This document shows, in pieces, positions 5,586 through 8,915 of a stretch of DNA of 8,915 bases. The notes beneath the pieces were generated by a model, which was given only the letters and a program-made list of their open reading frames with translations, was not told the origin of the DNA and did no database searches. The stretch comes from a virus (Duplodnaviria; Heunggongvirae; Uroviricota; Caudoviricetes): IMG/VR virus record IMGVR_UViG_2778261203_000002; one strand, given 5' to 3'. Each line of letters opens with the position of its first letter. Position 1 is the first letter of the stretch. A program made the translations under genes and the position numbers.

Positions 5586-7043
5586 ATGAATACATCTCAT
5601 GTAAGAGTTGTTACTCATATGTGTGGGTTCCTGGTTTGGCTCTATAGTCTTTCAATGTTGCCACCAATGGTTGTAGCATTGTTTTATAAAGAAAAAAGCC
5701 TGTTTGTTTTCTTTATAACTTTCGTTATATTTTTTTGCATTGGTGGCGGAGCGTGGTATACAACTAAGAAATCTGGCATTCAATTACGTACCCGTGATGG
5801 GTTTATTATAATTGTAATGTTTTGGATTTTGTTTTCTGTTATTAGTGCATTCCCTTTATGGATTGACTCAGAACTTAATTTAACGTTCATTGATGCTCTG
5901 TTTGAAGGGGTTTCTGGAATAACAACAACAGGAGCAACTGTAATTGATGATGTTAGTTCATTACCTCGGGCATATTTGTACTATCGGTCACAGTTAAATT
6001 TTATAGGTGGTTTAGGAGTTATTGTTCTGGCGGTTGCTGTATTGCCATTATTGGGTATTGGTGGTGCAAAGCTTTATCAGTCAGAAATGCCGGGGCCATT
6101 TAAGGATGACAAACTCACTCCCCGCCTGGCCGATACGTCACGGACACTGTGGATAACTTATTCTTTATTAGGTATTGCTTGTATTGTCTGTTATAGACTT
6201 GCAGGAATGCCTTTGTTTGATGCTATTTGTCACGGGATTTCCACAGTTTCGCTTGGTGGTTTCTCAACTCATAGCGAGAGTATCGGATATTTTAATAACT
6301 ATTTGGTTGAGCTGGTGGCTGGTTCTTTTTCCCTGCTATCGGCTTTCAACTTCACTCTTTGGTATATTGTTATTAGCAGGAAAACGATAAAACCTTTAAT
6401 CAGAGATATTGAACTTCGTTTCTTTCTGTTAATAGCCTTAGGGGTGATCATTGTTACCTCTTTCCAGGTCTGGCATATAGGTATGTATGACTTGCATGGA
6501 AGTTTTATTCATTCGTTTTTTCTTGCCAGCTCCATGCTCACTGATAATGGTTTAGCTACGCAGGATTATGCAAGTTGGCCCACGCACACGATAGTGTTTT
6601 TGCTGTTGTCAAGTTTCTTTGGGGGATGTATAGGTTCAACTTGTGGTGGAATTAAGTCACTTCGATTTCTTATACTTTTCAAACAAAGCAAACACGAGAT
6701 AAATCAGCTTTCTCATCCCAGAGCGTTGTTGAGTGTAAATGTAGGAGGGAAGATAGTTACAGATCGTGTAATGAGGTCTGTATGGAGTTTCTTTTTTCTT
6801 TATACTCTCTTCACGGTGTTTTTTATACTGGTGTTAAATGGTATGGGATATGATTTTCTTACATCATTTGCAACAGTGGCTGCATGTATTAATAATATGG
6901 GATTAGGTTTTGGGGCTACTGCATCGTCATTCGGAGTGCTTAATGACATTGCAAAATGTTTAATGTGCATAGCTATGATTCTTGGTCGCCTTGAAATTTA
7001 TCCTGTTATTATATTGTTTTCAGGTTTTTTTTGGCGCTCCTAA
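5586..7043 (+). CDS. trkG: TrkH/TrkG-family potassium uptake membrane protein (Trk system)
   Basis: Multi-pass hydrophobic protein of about 485 aa from ATG 5586 (MNTSHVRVVTHMCGF...), with repeated Gly-rich selectivity-filter-like segments (GITTTGATV, GIGGAK, SLGGFST, GLGFGA) typical of TrkH/KtrB. The sequence and its position directly after Rz/Rz1 match E. coli trkG of the Rac prophage as I recall it. An alternative TTG start at 5568 has AGGTGG 6 nt upstream. The gene is visibly more AT-rich than the flanking phage genes. Confidence 0.9.
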   Translation: MNTSHVRVVTHMCGFLVWLYSLSMLPPMVVALFYKEKSLFVFFITFVIFFCIGGGAWYTTKKSGIQLRTRDGFIIIVMFWILFSVISAFPLWIDSELNLTFIDALFEGVSGITTTGATVIDDVSSLPRAYLYYRSQLNFIGGLGVIVLAVAVLPLLGIGGAKLYQSEMPGPFKDDKLTPRLADTSRTLWITYSLLGIACIVCYRLAGMPLFDAICHGISTVSLGGFSTHSESIGYFNNYLVELVAGSFSLLSAFNFTLWYIVISRKTIKPLIRDIELRFFLLIALGVIIVTSFQVWHIGMYDLHGSFIHSFFLASSMLTDNGLATQDYASWPTHTIVFLLLSSFFGGCIGSTCGGIKSLRFLILFKQSKHEINQLSHPRALLSVNVGGKIVTDRVMRSVWSFFFLYTLFTVFFILVLNGMGYDFLTSFATVAACINNMGLGFGATASSFGVLNDIAKCLMCIAMILGRLEIYPVIILFSGFFWRS

Positions 7044-7129
7044 TATATGGCTGATTTATAATTGTGAGTTTAATATTATGTTGACTCACTCATTGATCCA
7101 ATACCTAACTTTACCAGCAACACCTCCGT

Positions 7130-7165
7130 CCCCAGTAGCACTGGCTGCTGGGGTGCGTTTTATTC
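7130..7165 (+). terminator. Possible stem-loop/terminator between trkG and the ParB-like gene (CCCCAG, 12-nt loop, CTGGGG, then TGCGTTTTATT)
   Basis: 6-bp GC-rich inverted repeat followed by a T-containing tract, seen directly. The loop is long and the T-run is interrupted, so this is weak. Confidence 0.3.
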
Positions 7166-7180
7166 ATAAAGCAAGGCTGT

Positions 7181-7774
7181 ATGAGCGAGAAATTAAAGAT
7201 AGTCTATCGCCCATTACAAGAATTGTCACCGTATGCGCACAACGCCAGGACGCACAGTACTGAGCAGGTGGCACAACTGGTAGAAAGTATTAAGCAATTC
7301 GGCTGGACTAATCCGGTGCTGATTGACGAAAAGGGCGAAATTATTGCGGGTCACGGTCGTGTTATGGCGGCTGAAATGCTCAAAATGGATTCTGTTCCGG
7401 TCATTGTTCTGTCTGGCCTGACGGATGAGCAGAAAAAGGCGTACCGCCTGGCAGATAATCGCCTGCCGATGAATGCTGGCTGGGATGAAGATCTGTTGCG
7501 GATGGAGCTGTCGGACCTAATCAATGCTGATTTTGATGTCTCCCTGACAGGCTTCATCCCGACAGAAATTGATGAACTGTTGACGGATGTTTTGCCCGGT
7601 ATGATATTCAGATTGCTGGTTATGGGGTTGGCGATAAAAATCAGCAACGCCAGCAGGAATTACTGCGGATTGAACGTGAATATAACAATCAGCGTCTGCA
7701 ACTTGAACGTGACTATGCAGATAAATCCCGTGGGATGTCAAATCATGTTTTTCAGGAGAAAATGCAGGCTCTGA
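7181..7774 (+). CDS. ynaK: ParB-like nuclease-domain protein, probably 3'-disrupted at a deletion junction
   Basis: ATG 7181 with AAGG 4 nt upstream. The N-terminal ~140 aa look like a ParB/sulfiredoxin-type domain, including the GHGRVMAA motif (conserved Gly-x-x-Arg). From about nt 7600 the same DNA also encodes, in another frame, a tape-measure-like coiled coil, so the last ~58 codons of this ORF (LPGMIFRLLVMGLAIKISNASRNY...) are probably not native. The gene symbol is assigned by synteny with trkG in Rac, not by sequence recognition. Confidence 0.6.
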   Translation: MSEKLKIVYRPLQELSPYAHNARTHSTEQVAQLVESIKQFGWTNPVLIDEKGEIIAGHGRVMAAEMLKMDSVPVIVLSGLTDEQKKAYRLADNRLPMNAGWDEDLLRMELSDLINADFDVSLTGFIPTEIDELLTDVLPGMIFRLLVMGLAIKISNASRNYCGLNVNITISVCNLNVTMQINPVGCQIMFFRRKCRL

Positions 7775-8502
7775 ATGATGCTCTGGAACGAGAAAAAGAA
7801 ATTGTCAGACAGAAAAACGAGCAGCTCGATATTCAGGCAGGAGACTGGGTTAGTGGTGCCTCCCAGGGATTCAATAACTGGCTGGATGACACTAAGGATA
7901 TCAGTGAGCAGATAAAATCAACCACGACTCAGATGTTTGATGGAATGACCGATGCGCTGGGTGATTTTGTCACGACAGGCAAGGCAAATTTTCGTTCTTT
8001 CGCTACTTCCGTGATTTCGGATCTTAGTCGAATAGCATTAAAGGCTTCAATTACTGGGATTTTCGACAGCATTAGTAACAGTTCTTCTGGGGGGATTTTA
8101 GGAACTATCGGGAGTGCTATTAGTAAATTTATTCCGAATGCAAAGGGCGGTGTTTATGAGTCTCCGTCATTGAACACGTATTCGAACGGTATTTATGATT
8201 CCCCGCATTTTTTTGCTTTTGCAAGAGGGGCTGGTGTTTTTGGTGAGGCTGGTCCGGAAGCCATTATGCCATTAACACGAACTTCCGATGGTTCTCTTGG
8301 TGTCAGAGCTATTAATAGTAAAAGTGGTAATGGAGGCGGAGATATTACCTATGCCCCTGTATACCAAATCACTATTCAAAATGACGGCCAGAATGGAGAG
8401 ATTGGCCCTCAGGCAATAAAAGCACTTATGGGGATGGTTGATCAGCGGGTGCAGGGCGATCTGTTAAATATGCGACGTGATGGGGGAATGTTAAGTGGCT
8501 AA
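7576..8502 (+). pseudogene. Tail tape-measure protein (lambda gpH-like) C-terminal fragment, 5'-truncated
   Basis: This frame is open from 7576 with no start codon until 7735 and begins mid coiled-coil (DIQIAGYGVGDKNQQRQQELLRIEREYNNQRLQLERDYADKSRG...). It continues with a Gly/Ser-rich C-terminal region and ends directly overlapping a gpM-like gene, reproducing the lambda H-M adjacency. The upstream two-thirds of a tape-measure gene are absent. Confidence 0.65.
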
Positions 8503-8536
8503 TACGGAAGAATTTCACTGGTTACCAGAGGATGGA

Positions 8537-8803
8537 ATGAAAACAGAAAATAAACCATCAATAAAAACTGTAAGATTTGGCGATGGTTATGAGCAACGAA
8601 GTCCAAATGGACTTAATCATTCTCTGCGCGTTTTCACCTGTGATTTCAAAGTTGAGGCGAATGAACGTGATTCATTTGAAAAATTTTTAGCCCGGCATGA
8701 AGGCTATAAATCTTTTTTTTGGCGCCCGCCGGGTATTAACAGAAAAATCAGAGTGGTGTGTCGAACGTGGTCAGCGAGCCGGAGGCGTATACCCATAGTT
8801 TAA
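8537..8803 (+). CDS. Minor tail protein M-like (lambda gpM family), C-terminus possibly altered
   Basis: ATG 8537 with GAGGA upstream (a GTG at 8495 is an alternative start). MKTENKPSIKTVRFGDGYEQRSPNGLNHSLRVFTCDFKVEANERDSFEKFLARHEGYKSFFWRPPGINRKIRVVCRTWSA parallels lambda gpM from memory (VRFGDGY, FLEEHGGWKSFLWTPP, K-V-T-C-A-K-W-S). The last ~9 residues diverge at the point where a tail-fibre-like frame opens. Confidence 0.65.
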   Translation: MKTENKPSIKTVRFGDGYEQRSPNGLNHSLRVFTCDFKVEANERDSFEKFLARHEGYKSFFWRPPGINRKIRVVCRTWSASRRRIPIV

Positions 8804-8915
8804 GTGGCAGCACGAATGCAGCTGGTAATCACAGCCATAGAGATGGCCGTCGATTTAACCCCAGTGTTTTTAAAGATACTTATCAATATGGTTATACAAG
8901 CTCAGGTCAAAATAC
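8740..8915 (+). pseudogene. Tail-fibre-like fragment (His-box-containing), partial, runs off the window end
   Basis: Frame open from 8740 to the window end encodes ...SEPEAYTHSLSGSTNAAGNHSHRDGRRFNPSVFKDTYQYGYTSSGQN. The H-x-H and Gly/Ser/Thr-rich pattern recalls side-tail-fibre proteins. It has no start codon and abuts the gpM-like 3' end, so it is probably an internal fragment fused by deletion. Confidence 0.35.

Noticed and set aside
6175-6390. 71-aa alternative-frame ORF inside trkG
   Set aside because: Out-of-frame ORF within a long, well-supported membrane-protein gene.
6982-7263. 93-aa ORF spanning the trkG 3' end, the intergenic repeats and the ParB-like 5' end
   Set aside because: It crosses two better-supported genes and an intergenic region with hairpins; no RBS.
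7351-7741. Minus-strand ORFs 7351-7647 and 7517-7741
   Set aside because: Antisense to the ParB-like and tape-measure frames; Ser/Arg-rich low-complexity translations.
1-8915. Searched for CRISPR arrays, tRNA genes, IS elements or transposases, integrase and toxin genes
   Set aside because: No regularly spaced direct repeats, no tRNA-like T-loop or acceptor patterns, no transposase- or integrase-like ORF and no Shiga-toxin-like genes were seen. The cargo here is limited to the lipoprotein pair and trkG.

Overview
This window reads as the late-regulation and lysis region of a defective Rac-like lambdoid prophage of an Escherichia/Shigella-type enterobacterium, all on the + strand. In order: a nin-region module (DUF1367-like gene, YbcO-like gene, putative Q antiterminator) with translationally coupled overlaps; two intrinsic terminators; an AT-rich spacer; a self-contained cassette of two paralogous lipoproteins whose C-terminal domains resemble TolA domain III (own promoter, own terminator); a phage-21-type lysis cassette (dual-start pinholin, SAR endolysin, Rz with embedded Rz1); an AT-rich TrkH/TrkG-family potassium transporter gene; a ParB-like nuclease-domain gene; then collapsed morphogenesis remnants (tape-measure C-terminal fragment, gpM-like gene, tail-fibre-like fragment). 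The most interesting candidate is the tandem TolA-III-like lipoprotein cassette between Q and the holin, which I propose as a possible superinfection-exclusion or colicin-resistance decoy system. All identifications rest on reading the translations and on recalled family sequences; no database search was run.
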